DNA of 64,000 nucleotides, from positions 1-64,000 of IMG/VR virus record IMGVR_UViG_3300045988_134583; one strand, 5' to 3'. The position numbers and the translations under genes were made by a program. This DNA comes from a virus. Position 1 is the first letter of the stretch. Each line of letters begins with the position of its first letter. Below are positions 15,786 to 23,445 of this stretch, piece after piece. A model generated the notes under the pieces. It was not told where the DNA came from and did not search any database. It saw only the letters and a program-made list of their open reading frames with translations.

Positions 15786-16767
15786 GGCTTTAACAATCTT
15801 CAACCGGGACATAATCCCCGTCTACACCACCAACGAAGGTAAGCAGATAGTTATAGGCCGAGAGCTGCATAGATGCTTGCACAGCAAATACCAATACTTA
15901 GACTGGTTCAAGAAGATGTGCTCTTATGGTTTTGTTGAAGGGCAAGACTACTTCCCCTACATCCCCTCTTCCGAAACAGATGGAAATGAATACAAAAGTA
16001 TTTTTTCAGAAAAAACTGAAAAAATCAAAAACCCCGAAGAACAGGAAAAAATTGGACGTGGCCGTCCTTCCCGAGACCACTATCTTACCTTCGATATGGC
16101 AAAGCACATTGCCATGATCCAGCGCACTCCCGAGGGATTTGCAATCCGTCAAAAGCTGTTGGAGCTGGAAGAACGTGTGCGTAACCAGATGGTCGCCCTT
16201 CCGCAAGACCTTCCCTCCGCATTGCGCAGACTGGCCGACACGGAAGAACAGAATCAGGCTCTCCGGTGCGCCAACAACCGCCTCCATTCCGAAGTGCAGA
16301 CGATGGAACACGAGATCGGCCTGATGGTAGATAAAGCGGACTTCTGCGACACCCTGCAAAACACGACGAACCTTTTCAGCATGAAGGAGCTGTCCGTGTA
16401 CCTGACGCAGAACGGCGTACCACTGGGCAGAACGCGGCTGATGGAACAGCTTCGTAAGGACGGCTACTTATGCAAGGGTGGGCAGTACCGCAACTCCCCG
16501 TCGCAGTTCTCTATCGACATGGGTCTGCTGATCGGGAGCATGACCACCTATAAGGAAGGGCGCAAGGTAATCCACTACACTTCCCCGAAGGCTACGGCAA
16601 AGGGCTTTGAATACTTCCTGCGCAAGTACGGAGCCGTCAAGGAGCATCACGCCGAGGACATTGCGAAGCTAAGAGCCGAAGCGGTCAAGGGATTGCCCGA
16701 GCCGAACAAGAAGCTGCTGCCTAAGCCGGAACCCCCGAAGAACCTTTACGGAAGCATCGACTTTTAG
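15778..16767 (+). CDS. phage antirepressor (AntA/AntB-like N-terminus plus KilAC-like C-terminus)
   Basis: N-terminal IIPVYTTNEGKQIVIGRELHRCL...YLDWFKKM. C-terminal FSMKELSVYLTQNGVPLGRTRLMEQLRKDGYL is KilAC-like. Confidence 0.75.
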   Translation: MSRALTIFNRDIIPVYTTNEGKQIVIGRELHRCLHSKYQYLDWFKKMCSYGFVEGQDYFPYIPSSETDGNEYKSIFSEKTEKIKNPEEQEKIGRGRPSRDHYLTFDMAKHIAMIQRTPEGFAIRQKLLELEERVRNQMVALPQDLPSALRRLADTEEQNQALRCANNRLHSEVQTMEHEIGLMVDKADFCDTLQNTTNLFSMKELSVYLTQNGVPLGRTRLMEQLRKDGYLCKGGQYRNSPSQFSIDMGLLIGSMTTYKEGRKVIHYTSPKATAKGFEYFLRKYGAVKEHHAEDIAKLRAEAVKGLPEPNKKLLPKPEPPKNLYGSIDF

Positions 16768-16856
16768 TAAACAATCGTTCACAAACAGGACGGAGGCAGG
16801 GCCGGAAACGGCTCTCCCTCCCCTATCTACTATAAATCGCAGAAGGGAGGAAGCGC

Positions 16857-17021
16857 ATGAAACCCGTAAGCGAAAACCTGAAAAAGTGGTTGAAGGAATA
16901 CTACCCCGATAAGTACGACGAAGTACGTCTGGGCAAGGAAGGTTCCTTCACCCCGCAGATGCAGCTGGAATATCTGAAATGGTGCAGAGGACAACGGCCA
17001 GTAAAACGGAAATGGAAATAA
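16857..17021 (+). CDS. small hypothetical protein (54 aa)
   Basis: AGAAGGGAGGAAG RBS. Below the track cutoff. Confidence 0.35.
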   Translation: MKPVSENLKKWLKEYYPDKYDEVRLGKEGSFTPQMQLEYLKWCRGQRPVKRKWK

Positions 17022-17108
17022 ATTCAGGCCGACATCCGAAATTCCATGAACAAAACGACCGGATTATGCTATAATAATAGTATCGACAGGTGAAGGAGGA
17101 TTGCCCAT

Positions 17109-17306
17109 ATGGCCGATAAGAAGAACAGAGTAAAAATCACTTGGTCTGACATTGTAAACGAATGTGTGCGCACATACGAAAAAAATCGAAAAATAAAGCA
17201 GGAGAACACACTTACCGGGAGTATTATTGGTGACTCGTTCCTGTTTGATGCCCTGATGGGAAGAAATAATCGCAGCCGGGACGACGACAGAAAGCGCAGA
17301 AGATAA
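17109..17306 (+). CDS. small basic protein upstream of the integrase (65 aa)
   Basis: GAAGGAGG RBS. An excisionase-like position, but no motif supports that role. Confidence 0.4.
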   Translation: MADKKNRVKITWSDIVNECVRTYEKNRKIKQENTLTGSIIGDSFLFDALMGRNNRSRDDDRKRRR

Positions 17307-17323
17307 GGAAGCAGGAGTGCAGT

Positions 17324-18253
17324 ATGGACATTATCGAATTGCGGGACAGCTACATTGCATCCCTGAAAGCCGACAAGGCGCAGACTACGATTGAAGGGTA
17401 TGCGCGGACGATCAATTTGTTCCTTGCTTGGGCGGGAGACAAAAACGCAAAGCTCAATACCGCAACGATAATGGGCTGGCGCTCCCACCTTGCCGAGGAA
17501 GGCGACGGCGTTACGACGATCTCCCTGTACATGCAGCACATGCGGTACTGGTGCGAGTACATCAGCGCTATACAGGATGGATTTGTTATGCCTGATTTCG
17601 GCATTTTGAACCCAGATAAGCGCAGAGTGTCCGTAGCTAAGAAAAAGCCGTACAAGCACGTTCTGGGGCCTTCCGAGGTGATTGCTATTCTCAGTGCAGA
17701 CAGGCCGAGCAAATGCAGCACGGAGACATGGCCGAGGAATAAAGCGATCCTGACGTTATTCTTGACCGGCTCCATGCGCAATGCAGAGCTATGTTCTATC
17801 CGTCCCTGCGATCTGGACTGGGAATCGCATCAAATCCTTTTGGAGAATACGAAGGGCGGTATGCCCCGATATGCCGCCTTCCCCGCCATTGCGCAAAAGG
17901 CGGTAACGGAGTATCTGGAAAGCGGATACAGACCTAAAACGTTGAAGGATACAGACCCTTTGTTTGTCTCTTATCCGCAAGGGAATCCCTTCTGCTGGGG
18001 TGCGTTTGACCGGGATGTTTTAAGCTCCCTTGTAATGCGTCTGGTGCGCCTTATAACTGGCATTGATGGCATCCGCTCCCATGCGTTGAGACACGCTTCC
18101 GCATCTTTTATGCTGACGCACGATGTGCCGTTGGATGAGATTCAGCAGGCGTTGGGGCACAGCAATATAAACACTACAATGCGCTATGCTCAGAGGATCG
18201 TCAACAAGGGAGAAGTACGAAAGAGTGTGTTCGATGCAATAGCCGCAGTATGA
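17324..18253 (+). CDS. int: tyrosine site-specific recombinase (phage integrase, XerC/D-like)
   Basis: C-terminal HALRHASASFML ... LGHSNINTTMRYAQ (R-H-R-Y catalytic signature). N-terminal SAM-like domain. Confidence 0.9.
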   Translation: MDIIELRDSYIASLKADKAQTTIEGYARTINLFLAWAGDKNAKLNTATIMGWRSHLAEEGDGVTTISLYMQHMRYWCEYISAIQDGFVMPDFGILNPDKRRVSVAKKKPYKHVLGPSEVIAILSADRPSKCSTETWPRNKAILTLFLTGSMRNAELCSIRPCDLDWESHQILLENTKGGMPRYAAFPAIAQKAVTEYLESGYRPKTLKDTDPLFVSYPQGNPFCWGAFDRDVLSSLVMRLVRLITGIDGIRSHALRHASASFMLTHDVPLDEIQQALGHSNINTTMRYAQRIVNKGEVRKSVFDAIAAV

Positions 18254-18296
18254 ACTTACATGCTAATCCGGTGTGCGAAATTAGTGCAAAAGAAAA

Positions 18297-18320
18297 AGCC
18301 GTCCGTATGGGCGGCTTTAT
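18297..18320 (+). terminator. intrinsic terminator after int
   Basis: GCCGTCC-GTAT-GGGCGGC hairpin followed by TTTATT. Confidence 0.6.
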
Positions 18321-18355
18321 TCATTACGTCCACAGTTCACAGGCCGTGGTGTGTC

Positions 18356-18446
18356 TTTCATAAATCATCCGCGCTTGAAGCGGCGGAGCGCTTTTCATAA
18401 ATCATCCGTACTCAAAGTAGCGGGGCACTTTCCATTATCATTTATT
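18356..18446. repeat. 2.4 tandem 37-nt repeats with a compensatory hairpin
   Basis: Units TTTCATAAATCATCCGCGCTTGAAGCGGCGGAGCGCT and TTTCATAAATCATCCGTACTCAAAGTAGCGGGGCACT, plus the partial TTCCATTATCATT. Confidence 0.8.
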
Positions 18447-18938
18447 TCAGATTTTCGGATACTCCATGCATTTAACTTCAAGAAGGGCAAAGTCGCAGCA
18501 GCGTTGTTTTACCTTAATGTCCTGCGGGGTCAAATTCTCATCGGCTTTAAGAACTAAGGTTCTTAGATTTTTAGCCGTTTTTATTATTTCGTTTTCGTCC
18601 GCCGTGATTAACCTTTGCTGGTTTTGCAGCAGGTTTCTATAATTGATATCAGGCTCCTTCTGTATATCGAAATAAAGAAGTTCTGCGCTTGGAACGGGGA
18701 TCATATTATTGAAGTTTATCGCTCCGTATTTTCCCCCTCCTATCTTTCTAAAGTCTTTGGTGTTTTTCATTTTCAAATGCTTTTTCTTCGGTGAGGAAAG
18801 AGGTGCGTAGTATTCCAAATTTCCGATCTGCACCACAAAGCCGATGTATGGTCTCCGCTGACCCTTGTTTTCAGGAACCTTGGAATCGTAGCCCCTAAGA
18901 TAAGATACATAGGCATCTTTGATGTGGTAAAATACCAT
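18447..18938 (-). CDS. toxN: type III toxin-antitoxin system ToxN/AbiQ-family endoribonuclease toxin
   Basis: MVFYHIKDAYVSYLRGYDSKVPEN...RRPYIGFVVQIGNLEYYAPLSSPKKKH...NFNNMIPV matches the ToxN/AbiQ N-terminal signature. GGAGGGGAGA RBS. Confidence 0.9.
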   Translation of the reverse strand: MVFYHIKDAYVSYLRGYDSKVPENKGQRRPYIGFVVQIGNLEYYAPLSSPKKKHLKMKNTKDFRKIGGGKYGAINFNNMIPVPSAELLYFDIQKEPDINYRNLLQNQQRLITADENEIIKTAKNLRTLVLKADENLTPQDIKVKQRCCDFALLEVKCMEYPKI

Positions 18939-18952
18939 TCTCCCCTCCGCAT

Positions 18953-18976
18953 AAAAAAAGGGGGAATAAATCCCCC
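18953..18976 (-). terminator. intrinsic terminator between the antitoxin repeats and toxN
   Basis: Minus strand: GGGGGA-TTTAT-TCCCCC followed by TTTTTTTAT. Confidence 0.7.
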
Positions 18977-19100
18977 AACTTTTTTAGTTCCCCGCTTGTT
19001 GGTGGGGGGTCACCGCTTTTTTAGTTCCTCTCTCATGGTGGAGGCTCACCGCTTTTTCCGTTCCTCGCTTATTGGTGGAGGCTCACCGCTTTTATGTCTC
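18975..19100 (-). ncRNA. toxI: type III antitoxin RNA repeat array (ToxI/AntiQ-like), about 3.4 x 36-37 nt
   Basis: Plus-strand units begin at 18975, 19011, 19047 and 19084 (CACCGCTTTTT-AGTTCC-...-GGTGGAGGCT). Located directly upstream of toxN on the same strand. Confidence 0.75.
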
Positions 19101-19101
19101 T

Positions 19102-19130
19102 ATTATATGCAGTCAGTTCAATAAAAACAA
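19102..19130 (-). promoter_or_regulatory. promoter of the toxI-toxN unit
   Basis: Minus strand: TTGTTT, 17-nt spacer, TATAAT. Confidence 0.45.
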
Positions 19131-19162
19131 TAGGTTTTGGCAAAAAAATTTAGGAATTTTTA

Positions 19163-19201
19163 TCCTTTTTTGAAAAAAGAGGGCTTCAATACCGCAATGT
19201 C
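19163..19201 (-). terminator. terminator of the late/lysis operon
   Basis: Minus strand: GAGGGCT-loop-AGCCCTC followed by TTTTTTC, downstream of the holin stop. Confidence 0.55.
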
Positions 19202-19234
19202 TTTAGCCCTCCTTTCCTCGTCCCTTATAAATTA

Positions 19235-19450
19235 TTAGAGTACGCCGCCAAAATCCTTATTGTACTGTGCCGTGGAGATGCACAGGATAGCGCCCAGAAA
19301 TACGGTAGCGCCGTTGATAGTAGCTACGATTTGGTCAGCATAGGGAAAACCCCAAGTGTTGGCCAGAAGCGCATAGAAGGTTGCGACAGCGGGCAGTACA
19401 ATTATTACTACCCATTTTAGCACATCATATACACGATCAGGAAGTTTCAT
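19235..19450 (-). CDS. holin (Dp-1-like family)
   Basis: 71 aa with two TM segments (VLKWVVIIVLPAVATFYALL; GATVFLGAILCISTA), directly downstream of the endolysin gene as the last gene of the late operon. Confidence 0.65.
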   Translation of the reverse strand: MKLPDRVYDVLKWVVIIVLPAVATFYALLANTWGFPYADQIVATINGATVFLGAILCISTAQYNKDFGGVL

Positions 19451-19497
19451 TGCTTCAAATCCTTTCTTTAATTTGCTTTTTCTATGGATACACGCGA

Positions 19498-20280
19498 TCA
19501 GGCATCGATCATCTGCGTGTATTTTGGAATGTTGGAAATGTAGGCTTCTTGCCCCTTGTATAGGATTTTATACCAGCCCGTCTTTTCGTGCAAACCGAGA
19601 TACGGGAACGTGTCTCCCCTGTGTGCGGTTCCCAGCCTCTTGCTGGAAGCATATCCGTCTGCACGAACGTTGACGGAACCGCCTACTACTTTTACCTTCT
19701 TCTCGCAGACAACAGGTGGAGTATCCGGGGCTTCCGGCTCTACGGGCTTTATATCCCCCGTTATTTCGTCCTTAAACACCAGAGGTATTCCCCATTTGTG
19801 CCAGTACCGTTCTTTGAATTTAACACGCACTACGCCAGTCCTGCGGCCTTCTGCATGAATACACTCCGTATCGGAGATCATGTACCCTACATGGGATACA
19901 CGACCGTTTGCATTTTCCCGGAAGAGCCAGTACCCTTTCTTCGGTGCTTCGGTTTTCGGCACCATAGCGCAGCGGGAAGCCATAGTATTGGAGTTTACAT
20001 CCATCTTGTACAGCTTTTTCAGGTTATACAGCCAATATACTCCCAAGCCGGAACAGTCATAGGCATACAAAACAGTGGCTCCTGCATCGAATTTCTTCTT
20101 GCAGAACTTTTTTGCAGCCTCCGCATAGGTCATATTTGGATATCCGCCCGTGCGTTTTTCGCATTTATCTACCACCTGTTCATAGTTTTCAGGGGTAAGT
20201 TTCGTATGCTGCCCGCCCCAGAGATATGGTTGCCCAACCTGTTCTTTCAAATACTTTATAAAGTCGGTAAGGTTACTCAT
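19498..20280 (-). CDS. endolysin: NlpC/P60 peptidase plus C-terminal SH3 domain
   Basis: Start at MSNLTDF after GGAGGTGG. QPYLWGGQ...YDCSGLG catalytic Cys motif, SHVGYM His. SH3-like C-terminus VNVRADGYASSKRLGTAHRGDTFPYL...GWYKILYKGQEAYISN. Confidence 0.85.
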   Translation of the reverse strand: MSNLTDFIKYLKEQVGQPYLWGGQHTKLTPENYEQVVDKCEKRTGGYPNMTYAEAAKKFCKKKFDAGATVLYAYDCSGLGVYWLYNLKKLYKMDVNSNTMASRCAMVPKTEAPKKGYWLFRENANGRVSHVGYMISDTECIHAEGRRTGVVRVKFKERYWHKWGIPLVFKDEITGDIKPVEPEAPDTPPVVCEKKVKVVGGSVNVRADGYASSKRLGTAHRGDTFPYLGLHEKTGWYKILYKGQEAYISNIPKYTQMIDA

Positions 20281-20394
20281 TGCTCGTGACCACCTCCACA
20301 TATATGCCTGCCAGCGCAGAAAGATCGTGGTACAATGGTGTACCGCTGTCTCTCATGCAGACGATTCTTTATCCCGTTGAGGACTTCCCGTATA

Positions 20395-20658
20395 TCATCC
20401 ATCCGCAAGCGTCTCCAATCCGGTCATTATCTGGGCAATGTTATTCTCGCATTCAGTTACCCGTGTTTCGAGATTCAGTCCGGGGTCAGGTGTTTCCGGC
20501 TTGGGAAGCGGATCGTAAACATAGGATCCGTCCACATAGCGATTGTCGTAGATGTCCCCGGCCGGGAGGGTGTCCACCAGCACAGCGCCCTCTTTGGCGT
20601 ACTGGGCATATGTGGCGGATAAGATCCTCCCGTCCATATCAAGGTTGAGTGCGTACAT
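20395..20658 (-). CDS. hypothetical tail-fibre-associated protein (87 aa)
   Basis: Start at the internal Met overlapping the upstream stop (TGATG). Sits between the fibre and lysis genes. Confidence 0.4.
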   Translation of the reverse strand: MYALNLDMDGRILSATYAQYAKEGAVLVDTLPAGDIYDNRYVDGSYVYDPLPKPETPDPGLNLETRVTECENNIAQIMTGLETLADG

Positions 20659-21527
20659 CAATATATCCCCCAAATCTGGTACAGGATGCATTCCGTGTTG
20701 TCCTGCTTCCCACCCATCCTGTTGTTGCTTAAGTTGTAATCATATCCGTAAGCGTTACCGATATGCACCTTGCCCCCGGCCACTCGGTTAATAATCCTCG
20801 TCTGTAAGGTGATATGGAGATCGTTGCTTATGGTCGTCCAGTGCGCTTCTGTCAGCACACCGCCCCGATCGGTATTGTCCAAAATAAACCCTCCGTTCGT
20901 CCCCACGCAGAGCAAAAACGGGCAGTTCTCGTCAATATCGATATCCTGTGGGGGTAGTGTAGAGGTGGGGCTTGCGTTTGTCCAGAGCACAACAGGCTTT
21001 CCCCACGCGCCGATACCTTCACGGGCTGTTGTGGGAGTTGTCCCACCTGTGCCGCCATTTGCAACCGACCATGGCGCCCCCAGATCTTTGAGCAGTTCTG
21101 TCAGTGTTGTTACCCCCGTCCCACCATCCGACACACTCAGCGGAAAACTTGGTATCCCTAAATTCTCTCTCGCTCCGTTAGCATCCTCCGCCCCCGTACC
21201 GCCCTTATTTATCGGAACCGGTATCTCAATAGAAGTCCCTCCCTGCATAAGTGGTACGGCAATGGCGTTAGTAGCTCCGTAAGACCACTCTATCCAGCAC
21301 ATATCCCCGACTTTCGCTTCGGAAAGCTGACTGGAATAGGGAATCATGATCTGATTGGAGAACGCTTCCTGCACCCCTATAAGCCCCGTAGTAGCGTTCG
21401 GCGCAGTAGAAACCTTGGCCTTGCGTCTTTGCACAGCACCAGCCGTCATAGCGGATATTTTCTTCGCCACCATAGGTTCCAGTGCTTTCCATATTTTCAG
21501 AGCCTCCACGGTGCTGTTATCAGGCAT
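20658..21527 (-). CDS. tail fibre protein
   Basis: Repeated GGTG(A/V/G)...A(R)..(L/I)G motifs (INKGGTGAEDANGARENLGI; SDGGTGVTTL; ANGGTGGTTPTTAREGIGA), typical of phage fibres. Confidence 0.6.
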   Translation of the reverse strand: MPDNSTVEALKIWKALEPMVAKKISAMTAGAVQRRKAKVSTAPNATTGLIGVQEAFSNQIMIPYSSQLSEAKVGDMCWIEWSYGATNAIAVPLMQGGTSIEIPVPINKGGTGAEDANGARENLGIPSFPLSVSDGGTGVTTLTELLKDLGAPWSVANGGTGGTTPTTAREGIGAWGKPVVLWTNASPTSTLPPQDIDIDENCPFLLCVGTNGGFILDNTDRGGVLTEAHWTTISNDLHITLQTRIINRVAGGKVHIGNAYGYDYNLSNNRMGGKQDNTECILYQIWGIY

Positions 21528-21563
21528 AAAAAGCGTTCTCCTATCTGTTGTTTTCTCTTTCCC

Positions 21564-22157
21564 TCAGAAGATGTACCCATCCTTGCTGTTAAATAATCCC
21601 ATAAATCCCCCGGGCACCGAATCAAACCCGACAACCCGCACATTGCGCCAGCCCTTGAGACAGGTGTAGCAGACATACTCCGCATCGTCTATCACGCTGT
21701 GGTAGTCCGCGTCCGTGATGTAGTCCCCGGTGTTGTGCCCGTCAATCGCCCATGTACAGGTGAGGGCTATAATCTCGTCCTTGGTGAGGATGTACGCCCG
21801 GTCGCCCACCTCCACTTTGGGGAGCGTTTTGAACTCCTGCGTCTTGTGGTCGGCTATGAGGTTGGATGTCTTGGTCAGGTAATGGTGATACCACCCTGCG
21901 CTGTCCTTGCGGTTGGCTATGCGCTGGCCGTTGTCCCAGTTGACGTAGTACAAGCCCACATCGATACCCACGCTGGGGATAATCAGTCGGCCTTTTAACC
22001 GGGGCTTTGTGACCATTTCTCCCCGCATTTCCATGTGCCGCCACATGATTTGCATACCCTCTGTTTTGATGTTGACAGGGGGAGCCTGTGCCTGTTTGGC
22101 GTGGCAGGGCATAGAGACGAGGATGCAGAGCAGGAGGACAGCGAGGTACTTACGCAT
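21564..22157 (-). CDS. secreted sortase-family (transpeptidase-fold) protein
   Basis: Signal peptide MRKYLAVLLLCILVSMPCHA. GRLIIPSVGIDVGLYYV, NLIADHKTQEFKTLPKVEVGDRAYI, YVCYTC and RNVRVVGF align with the sortase IPxIG / GH..F..L..GD / TC / R motifs. Confidence 0.6.
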   Translation of the reverse strand: MRKYLAVLLLCILVSMPCHAKQAQAPPVNIKTEGMQIMWRHMEMRGEMVTKPRLKGRLIIPSVGIDVGLYYVNWDNGQRIANRKDSAGWYHHYLTKTSNLIADHKTQEFKTLPKVEVGDRAYILTKDEIIALTCTWAIDGHNTGDYITDADYHSVIDDAEYVCYTCLKGWRNVRVVGFDSVPGGFMGLFNSKDGYIF

Positions 22158-22719
22158 CTGTGACCTCCGTTGCCTTGAGGGTGCCGGTGTCGTCTACCGT
22201 GATGCTGAATTTTTTGGTGGAACCGGTAGTGCTGGAATTTAGTATCACATCCGAGATGTCCGGCAGGAGGGACTTGTCCAGCTTCTTGGCCTGGTACTTC
22301 TTCGTTGTGACGGTTTTGGTTTGGGATACGGATACGCTCGACAAATTTGGGTAGGTTTGCGTAACTTGCATTCCACGACCAAAATCCGCGATAATGTACA
22401 TCGCGTCAAGCGGAAGGCTTGTTAGGGCACCGTTCATGACGAAATTGATCTCGTCTCCACCTATTACAAGCCTGTAGCTTTTCGCATTGTCATACCCGGA
22501 ATAACCTTCGGCTGGTGTCAAGCTGTAAGCATATGTACCTGTGCCCCCAACATCTTGCCCGTCAATGAGGTCGCCGCTGGCAATCTGCTGAGAATCCTCA
22601 TAAATTACAATATGCCCGCCAACATATTTTCCGTGCGCCAATACAGCTATTGGCGGCTCCTTTAAGTCGGCCATAATAGCATCATCAGGAGCGTTTGTAA
22701 TTCCAATGATTTTATCCAT
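22150..22719 (-). CDS. tail/baseplate-associated hypothetical protein (189 aa)
   Basis: ORF in the fibre module. 8-nt overlap with the sortase-like gene. Confidence 0.5.
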   Translation of the reverse strand: MDKIIGITNAPDDAIMADLKEPPIAVLAHGKYVGGHIVIYEDSQQIASGDLIDGQDVGGTGTYAYSLTPAEGYSGYDNAKSYRLVIGGDEINFVMNGALTSLPLDAMYIIADFGRGMQVTQTYPNLSSVSVSQTKTVTTKKYQAKKLDKSLLPDISDVILNSSTTGSTKKFSITVDDTGTLKATEVTDA

Positions 22720-22722
22720 AGA

Positions 22723-22998
22723 TTATGCTCCGAAAAAATACATAAGATAGGCAACGTCTTTAGCTGCGGTCTGCGTAGTCTCTCCGTCAAGCGTTACATT
22801 GTAAATATCGCCTTCGACAAAACCGCCGAACGTGTCGCTTACACTTACCGTTGCTTCTCCGTCTACGATAGTGGCAGTCAATAACGTTTCTTCGCTGGTG
22901 GATATCTCTGTGCCGAGATAAAACTTATACGCCGGGAGCATCTTAATGACCATTGCCCGCAGGCTGGTCAGGATGGCCTTGATGTGATTGGTGGTCAA
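22723..22998 (-). CDS. hypothetical tail-module protein (91 aa)
   Basis: ORF tightly packed in the operon. Confidence 0.45.
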   Translation of the reverse strand: MTTNHIKAILTSLRAMVIKMLPAYKFYLGTEISTSEETLLTATIVDGEATVSVSDTFGGFVEGDIYNVTLDGETTQTAAKDVAYLMYFFGA

Positions 22999-23000
22999 GG

Positions 23001-23261
23001 TTAGTTACCTCCGGATGTGTTGCCGATACTGAGACTTGCAAAGCTGCCGTTGTTGTCGGAAAAGATTTGGATGCCGACAACTCCCTCTGCCGTGCCAAAT
23101 ACTTTGCAGCTGGTTACTGTGCTTTGCGTTGTCCCCGCAGTGCTTACGTCTCCAAAACTCAAGACCACTTTCCCCGACATAAACGCATCGTAAATCTGCT
23201 GGGGGGTAGCTTCCGTGGTTTTTGCTGCGTCTGTATAAATTTTGTTGCCGCCTGCTGGCAT
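23001..23261 (-). CDS. hypothetical tail-module protein (86 aa)
   Basis: ORF tightly packed in the operon. Confidence 0.45.
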   Translation of the reverse strand: MPAGGNKIYTDAAKTTEATPQQIYDAFMSGKVVLSFGDVSTAGTTQSTVTSCKVFGTAEGVVGIQIFSDNNGSFASLSIGNTSGGN

Positions 23262-23274
23262 AATTTATCCCTCC

Positions 23275-23433
23275 TTAACCAACGTAAAAGGTCGTCACAC
23301 TTCCCCCGCCGAACTTGGCGTTTCCCTTGCTGATTCTCTTGGCCACTCCGTCCACGATAACAAGGATATCCGCATCTTCGGGGATTTCCGTTATTTCTTC
23401 CAAATCTGCCACGTCTCTAAACTCAATCGCCAT
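23275..23433 (-). CDS. small hypothetical protein (52 aa)
   Basis: MAIEFRDVADLEEITEIPEDADILVIVDGVAKRISKGN... AAAGGAAA RBS. Below the track cutoff. Confidence 0.35.
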   Translation of the reverse strand: MAIEFRDVADLEEITEIPEDADILVIVDGVAKRISKGNAKFGGGSVTTFYVG

Positions 23434-23445
23434 ATCAATTTCCTT

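Noticed and set aside
17069-17781. Minus-strand ORFs 17069..17659 and 17350..17781
   Set aside because: They lie antisense to the integrase and the small upstream gene, with no RBS and no motifs.
18351-18557. Plus-strand 68-aa ORF across the 37-nt repeats
   Set aside because: Its reading frame is generated by the tandem repeat itself and runs antisense into toxN. There are no start signals.
17324-19201. Prophage-host junction (attL/attR) next to the integrase
   Set aside because: Both sides of int carry phage or accessory genes and no host gene is visible. The window may be a permuted phage contig. The att core could not be placed from sequence alone. The 37-nt repeats and the tRNA-like minihelix are only candidates.
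20302-20394. 27-aa ORF (MRDSGTPLYHDLSALAGIYVEVVTSNE) between the fibre-associated gene and the endolysin
   Set aside because: It is very short, has no RBS, and overlaps the endolysin RBS. It could be an XkdX-like peptide but is unsupported.
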